A stretch of 40,765 bases of DNA from a virus. Taxonomy: Duplodnaviria; Caudoviricetes. This document shows positions 1 through 9,493 of this stretch, piece by piece. Position numbers and translations under genes: made by a program. The notes beneath the pieces were generated by a model. It was not told the DNA's origin, did not search any database, and saw only the letters and a list, made by a program, of their open reading frames with translations. Location of the stretch: positions 1 through 40,765 of IMG/VR virus record IMGVR_UViG_3300014208_000073. The stretch is one strand, 5' to 3'. The first letter of the stretch is position 1. Each line of letters opens with the position of its first letter.

Positions 1-329
1 AACGCTTTAAAAATTAATAACGTTTATACACAGCCATTTACTATCACCTTCTTTATACATTCTTTCAAATTATACTTTAACCATTTAACTTATAAAGGAA
101 AAATCAATTAATGAGAACTTATGAGCATTCTTTCTATTTGCTGCTGAATAGAAAAATAGCTGAAATATCCAGAGTTAGCAGGAAATAAGATGAGATTTCA
201 TGACAACCTGATACCAAGAACAGAATAACACTTAGAAGAGTATACCCAATTAGATTTCTGGCGGCAGAAGAATTGAAAAACCGGAATAAAGAATCAGCCG
301 TCTTAGACTTGATTTGCATGAAATACTGA

Positions 330-352
330 TGGCGGAGAGTGAGGGATTCGAA
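330..352. repeat. att core, left junction (duplicated 3' end of tRNA-Ser)
   Basis: TGGCGGAGAGTGAGGGATTCGAA is identical to 40643-40665; similarity continues to 360 with 2 mismatches. Confidence 0.95.
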
Positions 353-391
353 AACTCGATACTTTTTCTTTCTAGTATTTTATTCGTTATT

Positions 392-475
392 TATCAATGC
401 TTTATTTATTTTTAACATTCTATCTGTGGCGGTTACTGGCGGAAATTGGCGGTTTAACCGCCAATTTTGCCGCCA
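392..475. promoter_or_regulatory. att arm: IHF site plus putative integrase arm-type sites
   Basis: TATCAATGCTTTA (392-404) fits WATCAANNNNTTR; TGGCGG at 427, 437, 447 and inverted CCGCCA at 458, 470. Confidence 0.65.
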
Positions 476-1467
476 ATGGCCAATGGGTTAAGCCTGACCG
501 CATCTATTGAATGATCAGGAGCCAGGTGCGCGTATTTCATTGTCATTTTAATATCTGAATGCCCCAGTATCTCTTTCAGCGAAAGAATACTTCCTCCGTT
601 CATAATGAAGTAGCTGGCGAACGTGTGCCGCAGGATGTGTGTCATTTGCCCTTGCGGGAACCGTAGCGTTGATCGGCGCACGGTGACGTTGAAGGCATTT
701 ATGCTGTTTCTGAAAATCCGCTCGTTCGGCCGCTTATATATCGCCCAATCAACCAGGTCACTATAAAATTTCTGATCGATCTGTATAGTTCTAGTCTTCT
801 TTGACTTGGTGAACACATAAGTCACCCGTCCATTATGAAGCTGCTTACGCGTCAGCTTCTCGGCCTCGCTCCATCTGGCGCCGGTTCTAATGCAAAGTTG
901 TGCCACCCACCACACCGAGGTATTCACGCAATCGGTTTTCAGAATGTCGAATAACGTATCAATCTCACTATGCGACAAATAACTGGTTTGGTTCTCTTGC
1001 AGCTTGATAAACTCAACATCAGCAATAGGGCTGTCATAATCAATCACCTTCAACTTAAACAACCGCCTATACACCGCGTTCAAATAGCCATGCTGGTTGT
1101 TAAATGTCTTGGCTGTAACGCGATCATCATCACGCTGCAGCCGGTTATAGCGGTAACTCAAGAACATCTCCGGCGTTAATTCACTGGCCATAGGATTACG
1201 CATCCCAACAGCCATACGCTCAACATTTCTTTTGCGCCTATCGCCGTCAGCCAGGTTCACACCATGATAGCGGTACCATATATCGACTAACTCCAATAAC
1301 GTCCGCCTGTCCGTAATAATCCGGATCTTCGCTTCAAACTTAGCCAGGTATTCCCGCTCGAAAATTTCAGCGTCGGACTTGACATCAAACGACTTTCTTA
1401 CCCTGGGAATCCCCTTCCGATCGACTTCAACCTGCCATTTACCGCTTTTAGTTTGCTTTACAGTCAC
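454..1467 (-). CDS. int: Phage tyrosine integrase
   Basis: TGARWSE (catalytic R), HILRHTFAS (HxxR), ILGH...TMKYAHL (H, Y nucleophile); next to att. Confidence 0.95.
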   Translation of the reverse strand: MTVKQTKSGKWQVEVDRKGIPRVRKSFDVKSDAEIFEREYLAKFEAKIRIITDRRTLLELVDIWYRYHGVNLADGDRRKRNVERMAVGMRNPMASELTPEMFLSYRYNRLQRDDDRVTAKTFNNQHGYLNAVYRRLFKLKVIDYDSPIADVEFIKLQENQTSYLSHSEIDTLFDILKTDCVNTSVWWVAQLCIRTGARWSEAEKLTRKQLHNGRVTYVFTKSKKTRTIQIDQKFYSDLVDWAIYKRPNERIFRNSINAFNVTVRRSTLRFPQGQMTHILRHTFASYFIMNGGSILSLKEILGHSDIKMTMKYAHLAPDHSIDAVRLNPLAIGGKIGG

Positions 1468-1479
1468 TTAACTACACCT

Positions 1480-1891
1480 CACACGCGCGCACGCACACGC
1501 GTTGGCGACCGAAAATTTTTTTTTGGAAAGGCCATCGGAAAAGCGTAACAAACGTGACAATAAATTATTATTAACTGATTTATTTATTATAATCATATAG
1601 ATAGATATACTTTTTAAAGACACTTTTACCGCAACATTTCCGCAACATTGCCGTTACATTGTCACGCTTTCTTGTAGCGTTTTTGTTGCACTTTGTTGCG
1701 GTACTCAAAAAACGCCACAACCCACGCTTATCAAAGCCTACGGAGAATATAAGTAAATCCTGTGTAACGCCATGTTGCGGAAATGTTGCGGTTCGTAACA
1801 GCTTTGAAAACATGCGCAAGCCATTGAAATAAAAACAAATAAAAGAAACGAAAAATATCGTGTTGCGGATGTTACGCTTTTCCGATGGCCT
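1480..1891. repeat. Nested inverted repeats with iteron-like hexamers; putative replication origin
   Basis: Perfect 22-bp IR 1529-1550/1870-1891 and perfect 21-bp IR 1628-1648/1772-1792; many G(C/T)AACA / TGTT(A/G)C units; AT-rich stretch about 1560-1620. Confidence 0.6.
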
Positions 1892-2153
1892 AACCTGATT
1901 TTTTATTTATCAGCGCCCTGATTTCGGCATGTGTTGCCAGTGAATCAAGACTTTCTGGCAAATTTTCCAGCAAAGCCGGAATTAAATCTAACTCCAGACA
2001 TCCGGTGATAAGAGCCGTGCGTAACAGCTTTCTTCCTGCTTCCTCATGACCCTGCTGATACAGATAGCAAGCCACCGCCGCTGAATCAATGCACAACATC
2101 CTAAAGGGAGCAGGGATGGCGTTGAATTGCTCGAATATTTGTTCATTCGTCAT
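1890..2153 (-). CDS. Hypothetical protein coupled to the repressor gene
   Basis: 87-aa ORF overlapping the repressor stop codon, with GGAG RBS. Confidence 0.65.
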   Translation of the reverse strand: MTNEQIFEQFNAIPAPFRMLCIDSAAVACYLYQQGHEEAGRKLLRTALITGCLELDLIPALLENLPESLDSLATHAEIRALINKKSG

Positions 2154-2595
2154 AGTGATTCTCCAAAAACTGCTGGTATTGCGGGATAGAACTTTTGAAA
2201 GTCATCTCCAGCTTGATTTGCTCATCGAGCGGTGAAGACTCCATGAACTGCTTAATAAATAGACACATGCGCTCTGATCTCTGGTTATCTCCTAGCTCAA
2301 CCGTATAACTGGCTTTAGGCTCTTTGGCCTTGTCACCAAAATCAAGGAGCATTTCCCCGCGCCCTGCCAACAACCAGTCCAATGAAACGTGATATTTCTC
2401 ATGTAATTGCCGCAACAAATGCCCGCCCAATGGCTCGTCTCGCCAAATAAAATTGTTTATTGTGCGCGCAGACGTGTCTGTTTCTTTTGCAATATCAGCA
2501 ACATGCAAACCTAAGCGAGCCTTAAACAAAATAAATCTGCTTATTTCAGGTGACTTTTTATTTACGCGCCTTTTTTTAGCAGTTACAGTATTCAT
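2143..2595 (-). CDS. CI-like XRE/HTH phage repressor
   Basis: HTH (VADIAKETDTSARTINNF) followed by VSLDWLLAGRGEM; divergent from the early operon. Confidence 0.8.
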   Translation of the reverse strand: MNTVTAKKRRVNKKSPEISRFILFKARLGLHVADIAKETDTSARTINNFIWRDEPLGGHLLRQLHEKYHVSLDWLLAGRGEMLLDFGDKAKEPKASYTVELGDNQRSERMCLFIKQFMESSPLDEQIKLEMTFKSSIPQYQQFLENHYDE

Positions 2596-2643
2596 AAGAT
2601 TTTTTAAGTGAATTAGTTTTTTTTAATTATACAAGGAAACCAC

Positions 2644-2856
2644 ATGACTACACCCATACAAAACACCGAAAAAACAGCGTTACAACCTATGAATATCCGT
2701 CATACCAGCGAAGTTAAGACGTTTGTGGATGAAAAAGCGGCACAAAACAACGAGTTTTCAAGCTCCTATTACCGCCGCATCTTTAATGCCGGACTTGAAG
2801 CTATGTTTGGCATCAAGCTTCATAACAACAAAATTATTGAACCACCTCCTCGCTAG
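2644..2856 (+). CDS. Small DNA-binding protein in the Cro/Cox position, possibly ribbon-helix-helix
   Basis: AAGGA RBS; MNIRH strand followed by two predicted helices; first gene of the divergent operon. Confidence 0.55.
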   Translation: MTTPIQNTEKTALQPMNIRHTSEVKTFVDEKAAQNNEFSSSYYRRIFNAGLEAMFGIKLHNNKIIEPPPR

Positions 2857-2867
2857 CTGATTGGTGC

Positions 2868-2892
2868 CCGCCCTTACTAGGGCGGTTTTTTT
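2868..2892 (+). terminator. Rho-independent terminator
   Basis: CCGCCCT-TACT-AGGGCGG followed by T7. Confidence 0.8.
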
Positions 2893-3006
2893 ATTATCAG
2901 CAATTAGTCAAGGTACTGGAATGCGTGTAATCACCTAAAAATAAGTGTTCAAAGATAAATAAACGTAAACCAACGGCGTTGCCGCCCAAAAACCAGGAGA
3001 ACAATC

Positions 3007-3579
3007 ATGAACAAAATTTCATTTTCAATCGAATACGCAGGCATTCAATTACCCGTCGCTAAGAATGCAGGCGGCCAAGACGTAACCCCGCTTAAACCGA
3101 TCTCTGATTTGTTCGGTTTACAGTGGCGAAGACAGCATAAAAAAGTAACTGAAAGCGAATTTTTAAGCCGTTTTTTGGGGGTCTGCATGGTACCTATGTA
3201 CCATGCAGATGGTCAAAAACGGGAGCAAATCTGCATTTTAGTGTCACAAGTGTCCTATTTTTTAATGAATATCAACCTAGATCAGGTTCGTGCTCAAGGC
3301 AACACATCAAGCGCTGACTTCCTTGAAGAAAAGATCACCGAATGGATTGCTGCTATCCACGACTACGAGTCACTTGGGCAGGCCATTAACCTAAATCACG
3401 CTAAACACGTAGAAGCCCTAAGAAAACAGCGTTCCTCATTCGCCCAAATGATTGGCGTAAAAAATAAAACCGCCGAACTCCACGACCGGCGGGCTCTTGG
3501 CCATGTGGTCAAACAGATGGCTGGAGAACTGGGTATCCCATACCAAATTGATCTGGTAGACGACAAAGACGCCGATTAA
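3007..3579 (+). CDS. Antirepressor-like protein (P22_AR N-terminal-like domain)
   Basis: PLKPISDLFGLQWRRQHKKV resembles the P22 Ant N-terminal motif; AGGAG RBS. Confidence 0.7.
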   Translation: MNKISFSIEYAGIQLPVAKNAGGQDVTPLKPISDLFGLQWRRQHKKVTESEFLSRFLGVCMVPMYHADGQKREQICILVSQVSYFLMNINLDQVRAQGNTSSADFLEEKITEWIAAIHDYESLGQAINLNHAKHVEALRKQRSSFAQMIGVKNKTAELHDRRALGHVVKQMAGELGIPYQIDLVDDKDAD

Positions 3580-3606
3580 ACCGCAGCTTTAATCAGGACG
3601 CAGAAA

Positions 3607-3978
3607 ATGCAGCGACTACACGCCAAGATCATCGACCAAGGCCCGCTTACCAAAGCCGAAGCTAAAGTACTGCGCTACATGTGCGAAGGCCTGTATACGC
3701 CAGAAATTGCCCTGCGTTTATTCCGCTCGCCGAAGACTGTCGCCAAGCACATTGAAAATATCGCCCACAAACTCAATGCCCGCGGCTCCAGCGAGGTAGT
3801 GCTGATAGCGCGTGAAATGGGGTATGTGCAAATAACCCTGATCGACACAACCCATTACGCGACAAAACTCATACTAATGCTGGTTATGTGCAGCAGCCTG
3901 TTGCCACAGCACGGCATGCGTCGCCAAAAAACACCGCGCGCACCCGTGGTACGGGTGGTGCGTACTCAACGCCAATAA
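3607..3978 (+). CDS. LuxR-family HTH protein
   Basis: LTKAEAKVL...G...EIALRLFRSPKTVAKHIENIAHKL is a LuxR/GerE HTH signature. Confidence 0.85.
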   Translation: MQRLHAKIIDQGPLTKAEAKVLRYMCEGLYTPEIALRLFRSPKTVAKHIENIAHKLNARGSSEVVLIAREMGYVQITLIDTTHYATKLILMLVMCSSLLPQHGMRRQKTPRAPVVRVVRTQRQ

Positions 3979-3993
3979 CAACCGGAGAAGACC

Positions 3994-4356
3994 ATGACGC
4001 AACTAGAAACCATTAAAAAAATGGCGCAAATCCTTTACGCCATCGAAACCTTTATCCACCACAACCAAGCCAACCTGCCGCAACAGCGCAGCCGCCTGAT
4101 AGACAGGTGTGCCATCTCGCTGGGTGAATATGAAGACAGCTTTTTTACCTACGACCAGCTTAAAAACCTGTCCACGCACATGATCGACAGGCACATCGCC
4201 AATGACGTTAGCTGGACGATTGACGTTGCCCAGTGCACCGAAGAAAACGTCAGCGTCATGAACATCAAAACCCATGAGCACATCACCGTGCCGCTCAACG
4301 TATTTTTTGCCAGCACCTGCTTGCCGAACGTAAGCACAAGCATGACTGCGCATTAA
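3994..4356 (+). CDS. Hypothetical protein
   Basis: GGAG RBS; in operon. Confidence 0.7.
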   Translation: MTQLETIKKMAQILYAIETFIHHNQANLPQQRSRLIDRCAISLGEYEDSFFTYDQLKNLSTHMIDRHIANDVSWTIDVAQCTEENVSVMNIKTHEHITVPLNVFFASTCLPNVSTSMTAH

Positions 4357-4661
4357 TGACCGTTTTACACAATCAAAAGCCGCAGGCGCCTGTCAAGGCC
4401 AGCAAACATGTGCGGATGATTAGTGTAAACACCATGACAGAAGGCCAGCGGCAAATGCTCTGGCTGGGGATAAAAACGGCGAACCCGCATCTGGCAAAGA
4501 TGCTACAAACCGATGCCAATATCGCCGCGCTAAAACAAACATTTAACGCAACAGACCAGTTTACAGCCGACGACTGCAACCGTTATCTGCAGGCTGGATT
4601 AAAAGCCATTGAGGAGAGAAATCATGCAACAGTACCTAAACCTATTAACGGAACTGCTTAA
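4356..4661 (+). CDS. Hypothetical protein
   Basis: TAATG coupling to the upstream gene. Confidence 0.65.
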   Translation: MTVLHNQKPQAPVKASKHVRMISVNTMTEGQRQMLWLGIKTANPHLAKMLQTDANIAALKQTFNATDQFTADDCNRYLQAGLKAIEERNHATVPKPINGTA

Positions 4662-5415
4662 CACCGGAAAACAACGAGGTGACAGAACCGGAACCGGCAC
4701 CCTGTCAAAATTCGGTCATCAAATGCGCTTTGATTTACAACAGGGTTTCCCGTTGTTAACAACGAAAAAAATCCACACCAAAGCCATAATTCATGAATTG
4801 CTCTGGTTTTTGCGCGGCGACACCAATATCCAATACCTAAAAGACAACGGTATAACCATTTGGGATGAATGGGCTGACGAAAGCGGCGACATCGGACTGG
4901 GGTATGGGTTTCAGTGGCGCACATGGATGGATTCAGACGGAGCAACAATAGACCAGATTGCGCGAATCATTCATGACATTAAAAATACGCCAGACAGTCG
5001 TCGGTTAGTGGTATCCGCGTGGAATGTTTCCGATCTGCGCTACATGAACCTGCTGCCCTGCCACTGCCTGTTCCAGTTTTACGTCGACGACGGCAAACTA
5101 TCCTGCCAACTCTACATGCGTTCGTGCGATAGTTTTTTAGGTCTTCCCTTCAATATCGCCAGTTATTCCCTGTTAACCCACATGATCGCCCAGCAGTGCG
5201 ACCTGGACGTAGGTGAATTCATCTGGACCGGCGGCGACGTGCATCTATATCTGAACCATATCGAACAAGCCCGGCTCCAGTTGAGCAGAGAACCCAGTCC
5301 GTTGCCAGAATTACACCTCAGAAAAGCGCCGTCCATTGATGATTACACCTACGAGGACTTTGATATTCAGGGCTACATGCCACACCCAGCCATTAAAGCC
5401 GAGGTATCAGTATGA
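4624..5415 (+). CDS. thyA: Thymidylate synthase
   Basis: DRTGTGT, ELLWFL, PDSRR, LPCH (catalytic Cys), RSCD-FLGLPFN, DVHLY motifs; GAGGAG RBS before ATG at 4624. Confidence 0.97.
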   Translation: MQQYLNLLTELLNTGKQRGDRTGTGTLSKFGHQMRFDLQQGFPLLTTKKIHTKAIIHELLWFLRGDTNIQYLKDNGITIWDEWADESGDIGLGYGFQWRTWMDSDGATIDQIARIIHDIKNTPDSRRLVVSAWNVSDLRYMNLLPCHCLFQFYVDDGKLSCQLYMRSCDSFLGLPFNIASYSLLTHMIAQQCDLDVGEFIWTGGDVHLYLNHIEQARLQLSREPSPLPELHLRKAPSIDDYTYEDFDIQGYMPHPAIKAEVSV

Positions 5416-5873
5416 GCGGAATCACCACTAAATCTCCGGTTCCAACATCTGTCACTCTGCCGCCTGATCCATTAAAAAAACAGGTTGGCGGCAACCATTA
5501 CAAAGGCTTTGCCATCCAACCGGTTGAGTATATCCACCAAAATCAACTCGGGTTTTTAGCTGGTTGCATTATCAAGCGCGTTTGTCGATTCAACCAACCA
5601 GGAGGAAAAGGCGCAGAGGACATTCAAAAAGTCATTCATGAGATCGATTTATTAATCGATCAACTACACAAAGGCTTTGAAATGAAGTCTGTTTTTACAC
5701 GCTACAGCGATTTACCGATTACGCCGCCGGTGTTTTGCGCGGCCAATGGATTCAACGATTGTCAGCTCCACATAATCCAATCAGTAACGCACTATAACCA
5801 ACATCACGGCTACGGCGTTATACAGCTTAGGCATGCGCAGGAAAAAGCTGAATCGTTGCTACTGACTATTTAA
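5412..5873 (+). CDS. DUF3310-family (T7 gp1.7-like putative nucleotide kinase) protein
   Basis: [15 protein letters not shown]...IIK...KG.EDIQK pattern; ATGA coupling to thyA. Confidence 0.75.
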   Translation: MSGITTKSPVPTSVTLPPDPLKKQVGGNHYKGFAIQPVEYIHQNQLGFLAGCIIKRVCRFNQPGGKGAEDIQKVIHEIDLLIDQLHKGFEMKSVFTRYSDLPITPPVFCAANGFNDCQLHIIQSVTHYNQHHGYGVIQLRHAQEKAESLLLTI

Positions 5874-5883
5874 AGGACATCCC

Positions 5884-6072
5884 ATGTGCAAACAACAACT
5901 CAGCGATAAAGGCTGGCTGCGGCAGTATTGGCCGCAGTTTAGTCAGGCGCAACTGGAAAGGTTCATCGGTCTGGTCGTTGAAAAGCTCGATTACATAACG
6001 GAACCCACCGACCGGCAAACCGAAGCCGCCAGAAGCGCGGCGTTACGCGATATGACAGGGGCAGTTGAATGA
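5884..6072 (+). CDS. Hypothetical protein
   Basis: AAGGA RBS; in operon. Confidence 0.6.
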   Translation: MCKQQLSDKGWLRQYWPQFSQAQLERFIGLVVEKLDYITEPTDRQTEAARSAALRDMTGAVE

Positions 6073-6281
6073 GTGCTGATAAAACAAAAGACATGTCTGT
6101 AGAAATTGAAGAGCTACTAACAACGATTCCTGTGTCTCAGTATAAAGGTTGGGATTATCGCAAAACCGTAGCCTATAAAGAAGCTGTGGCAAAGTTAGCA
6201 AAGCATTATCACGCAAGCAGACCTAACCCCGCAAAGATCATAGAGGTGATGGCTCGTGTTCGGAGTTTTCACGCCTCATGA
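6069..6281 (+). CDS. Hypothetical protein
   Basis: ATGA overlaps at both ends. Confidence 0.6.
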   Translation: MSADKTKDMSVEIEELLTTIPVSQYKGWDYRKTVAYKEAVAKLAKHYHASRPNPAKIIEVMARVRSFHAS

Positions 6282-8923
6282 TAATCGACCTAAACCCGCA
6301 AATCGTCGAGCGCCTGATCCACGAATTCCAATTTAAGCAACGCGGCGAACACCTGCGCGAAGGCGTTTGCCCGTCATGCGGCAAAAAAACCTTGTGGACG
6401 TGGACAGAAAAGCCAGGCATGGTGCAATGCAACCGCACCAACAACTGCAACTGGCAGATGACCAGCAAAGAGCTGTTCCCTGACCTGTTTGAAAACCTCA
6501 ACAAAAAATATCCGGCGACAGAGGCGAGCCCCAATCAGACGGCTGATGTTTACCTGTCGCTGATACGTGGTTTCAACCCGGACAAAATCAAAGACTGGTA
6601 CGAGCAAGGCAAATACTGGCATCCGAAAGGCGACAAAGGCACGGCAACGGTGCGCTTCTATCTGGATGAGGCCAAGACCATCATGTGGGAACGGCTGATT
6701 GACGATGTCACCATCACGCTGGACGACGGCGAAAAGGAAGTTCGCAACAAAAACTTTAAAGGCCGCTTTCTCGGCCTGTGGTGGCAGCCGCCTGGGTTTA
6801 CTATCAAAGAGGAAGACACAGTTTACTGGTGCGAAGGCATACTGGACGCCATCGCCCTGAACCTGAGCGGAGTTAAAGCCGTGGCGATCATGGCCGCCGG
6901 CACCTTCCCCAGCGAGTCCATAAAACCGCACCTGGGCAAAAAGGTAAAGTGGGTGATTGCGATCGACAACGACGCCACCGGACGCCGCTGCCTGAAAAAG
7001 CATGCAAAAAAACTGCGCGAGATGAATGAGTATGTCCACGCCGCCATGTCCAGTGAAACCGAAGATAAAGAGGACTGGAACGACCTGCACAAGGCCGGAA
7101 AACTGACCGAGGCCGATATGAAGGAATACCGGCATTTAGGCCACCTTGAGCTGGCGCAGAGCCACTACGAAAAAGCAAAGGCGATATGGGAACACAACCA
7201 AAAAAAGCTGTTTTTCATCTTCACCTTCTCTCACAGTACCTACTCATTCAGTATCGACCCGACCGAGTATGAAAAAGCCGTCGTACTCGAACATTCAATA
7301 GACCCACTGAAGGCTGAAAAAATCGCCTTCAACCACGCCAGCAAAATAAAGGAAATAGCATCGTTCAAGATGGTATTTTTGTACTTCCAACAGCCAGACA
7401 ACGGCGAAGAAGGCCAGTATTTTTTCCGGCTTAACTTCAGCAACAAGGCTGCCGAAGTGCAACTACCCTTCCCCGGAAAGACGTTCGGCGGCGCCGGCGA
7501 CTTTAAAAAAGCCGTCATGCAAAAAACGCCGTCGGCCCTGTTCACCGGAAGCACTAAAGACCTGGACTATATGTATCGGGATTGGATGGGCCACATCCCG
7601 AAGATCGTAAAAACGCTGGACTACGTCGGCTACGACAGCACCACCGGCGCTTACGTCTATCTCGATTACGCCGTCGAAAGCGGCAAACTGCTCAATCTCA
7701 ACAAAGAATCGTTTTTCCAACTCAAAAAATCAGGGATCAAAACCACCGTGGACATCAAGCAACGCCTCAACACCAAACCGGTCGCCGACTGGCTGCCCGA
7801 TTATCAAAAAGCCTTCGGCACCGGCGGCATGGTCGCGCTGTCGTGGTGGTTCGGCTGCCTGTTCGTCGAACAGGTGCGCCAGCACTACCGCTCATACCCC
7901 TTCTTCGAAGTCGTCGGCGAAGCCGGTTCCGGTAAATCGGATATGGTCGATTTCCTATGGAAACTACTTGGCCGCGAGGGCGAATCCTTTAACCCGAATA
8001 CATCCACGCTGGCAGGCCGCACCCGCAAAATGGCTGAAGTGTCCAACTTGCCCGTCGTCTTCAACGAAACCGACAACGAGAAAATCGCCGAAGAACGCCA
8101 CGCCAAGCAGTTCAACTGGGATGAGCAAAAAGACCTTTTCGACGGCGAGTTCGGCCGCGTCACCGGCGTAAAATCGCAGGACAACAGCACCAAAAAACCG
8201 ACCTTTAAGGCCGGGCTGATGATCGTGCAGAACATCCCGGTCACCGCCTCTGAAGCCATCATGAGCCGTATCGTGCATCTGCAATTCGACCGCTCGCACC
8301 ATTCGATCGAGGGGAAACTCGCATCAGACCGCCTTAACATGCTGCCGGTCATGGATGTATCGGGTTTCCTGTTACACAGCGTCCAGCGCTCGGAAGCAGT
8401 GTTGAAGCTATTCATCGAGCAATTCAACAAACACCGCGCCACGCTGCAAGCCAATCCCAAGATCAAACTGCAACGTATCGTCGAGAACCACGCCAAGATT
8501 ATGGCCTTCGCCGACTGCCTGACCATCGTACTGCCGATTTCCGCCGCCGCCATCGCCGACATCCAGCGCGCGCTAATCGCCATGGCCGAAACCCGCCAGG
8601 AATCGTTAAACGAAGAACATCCAGTCGTGCAGCAGTTCTGGGCCAACTTCGACTACATGAACAGCAAAGTGCTGTGGGCTAAAGACGGAGATCCTGAGAC
8701 TGTCGAAAACGTCATGAACCATTCCAGCAAGCCGAAAACAGAAATCGCCGTCAACCTGGAGCACTTCCGCCAGCGCTGCGCCGAATTGAAGCTGGAACTG
8801 ATGGATAGCAAAGAACTGCGCCGCCACCTGCCGACCAGCAGAAAACGGCAATATTTACGCAACGAAGCGGCCAGGTCCCGGCTTGAAGGACGGACGATTC
8901 GGTGTTGGATTTTTAAACGTTGA
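6278..8923 (+). CDS. Zinc-finger/TOPRIM primase-helicase replication protein (P4 alpha-like architecture)
   Basis: CPSC...C.RTNNC zinc-binding domain; TOPRIM motifs CEGILDA, IDND, DWND; Walker A GEAGSGKS. Confidence 0.9.
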   Translation: MIIDLNPQIVERLIHEFQFKQRGEHLREGVCPSCGKKTLWTWTEKPGMVQCNRTNNCNWQMTSKELFPDLFENLNKKYPATEASPNQTADVYLSLIRGFNPDKIKDWYEQGKYWHPKGDKGTATVRFYLDEAKTIMWERLIDDVTITLDDGEKEVRNKNFKGRFLGLWWQPPGFTIKEEDTVYWCEGILDAIALNLSGVKAVAIMAAGTFPSESIKPHLGKKVKWVIAIDNDATGRRCLKKHAKKLREMNEYVHAAMSSETEDKEDWNDLHKAGKLTEADMKEYRHLGHLELAQSHYEKAKAIWEHNQKKLFFIFTFSHSTYSFSIDPTEYEKAVVLEHSIDPLKAEKIAFNHASKIKEIASFKMVFLYFQQPDNGEEGQYFFRLNFSNKAAEVQLPFPGKTFGGAGDFKKAVMQKTPSALFTGSTKDLDYMYRDWMGHIPKIVKTLDYVGYDSTTGAYVYLDYAVESGKLLNLNKESFFQLKKSGIKTTVDIKQRLNTKPVADWLPDYQKAFGTGGMVALSWWFGCLFVEQVRQHYRSYPFFEVVGEAGSGKSDMVDFLWKLLGREGESFNPNTSTLAGRTRKMAEVSNLPVVFNETDNEKIAEERHAKQFNWDEQKDLFDGEFGRVTGVKSQDNSTKKPTFKAGLMIVQNIPVTASEAIMSRIVHLQFDRSHHSIEGKLASDRLNMLPVMDVSGFLLHSVQRSEAVLKLFIEQFNKHRATLQANPKIKLQRIVENHAKIMAFADCLTIVLPISAAAIADIQRALIAMAETRQESLNEEHPVVQQFWANFDYMNSKVLWAKDGDPETVENVMNHSSKPKTEIAVNLEHFRQRCAELKLELMDSKELRRHLPTSRKRQYLRNEAARSRLEGRTIRCWIFKR

Positions 8924-8933
8924 GGAGAGAGTT

Positions 8934-9203
8934 ATGGACGAAAAAAAATCGGAGAGGAAAGATATGTGCGAAGTGCGGGAAGGCAAATTTGTCGAACCTT
9001 GCCATGCGCTATACGACACCAGCGAATTCGGCAACCCAAGTGGCAAAAAGAAAGGTGTTTTTACATGGAGGCTTTTTAATACATCAGCAATTCCGGCAGC
9101 ACCATCAAGGACAATGTTTGGCGTTAAAAGCGGAAAATTCATCATGAAAGGAATTATTTTTAATTTTTGCCCATTTTGTGGGCAAAAAATCCGGATTGAA
9201 TAA
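8934..9203 (+). CDS. Small cysteine-containing hypothetical protein
   Basis: GAGGAG RBS before ATG at 8934; C-terminal FCPFCG. Confidence 0.65.
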   Translation: MDEKKSERKDMCEVREGKFVEPCHALYDTSEFGNPSGKKKGVFTWRLFNTSAIPAAPSRTMFGVKSGKFIMKGIIFNFCPFCGQKIRIE

Positions 9204-9227
9204 GATTTTTTAAATGAGGAAACATCA

Positions 9228-9446
9228 ATGAATAAAAATATTTTAAAACGCTTTGTTATGCGCCCAATTCAATGGGCATGGGATGAGGTCAAATTCCCCG
9301 TCATGTTTTTTTTGCTTTTCTGGATGGCTGGCTCTTGTTTTTATCACGGAGTAATTGCAGCATCAAAAATCAGCGAGCTTACATTAGGTAAGGCGCTGAT
9401 TATCACGCTGGTTGATCTTAAAAAAGACGATGAAGAGCCCAGGTAG
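9228..9446 (+). CDS. Small membrane protein
   Basis: GAGG RBS; hydrophobic segment. Confidence 0.6.
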   Translation: MNKNILKRFVMRPIQWAWDEVKFPVMFFLLFWMAGSCFYHGVIAASKISELTLGKALIITLVDLKKDDEEPR

Positions 9447-9463
9447 GGTGCGCGACGCGCACC
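9443..9463 (+). repeat. GTAG-family REP-like palindrome
   Basis: GTAG-GGTGCGC-GAC-GCGCACC; related to 23381-23438. Confidence 0.65.
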
Positions 9464-9493
9464 ACAGCAACCGATAACCATTGAGGAGAAGCT

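Noticed and set aside
134-319. 61-aa minus-strand ORF in the host flank
   Set aside because: AT-rich, no motif or clear RBS; cannot be supported
1580-1819. 79-aa ORF in the int-repressor spacer
   Set aside because: Translation of the repeat/palindrome region; no RBS or motif
6374-8646. Two 253-aa minus-strand ORFs
   Set aside because: Antisense shadows of the replicase gene
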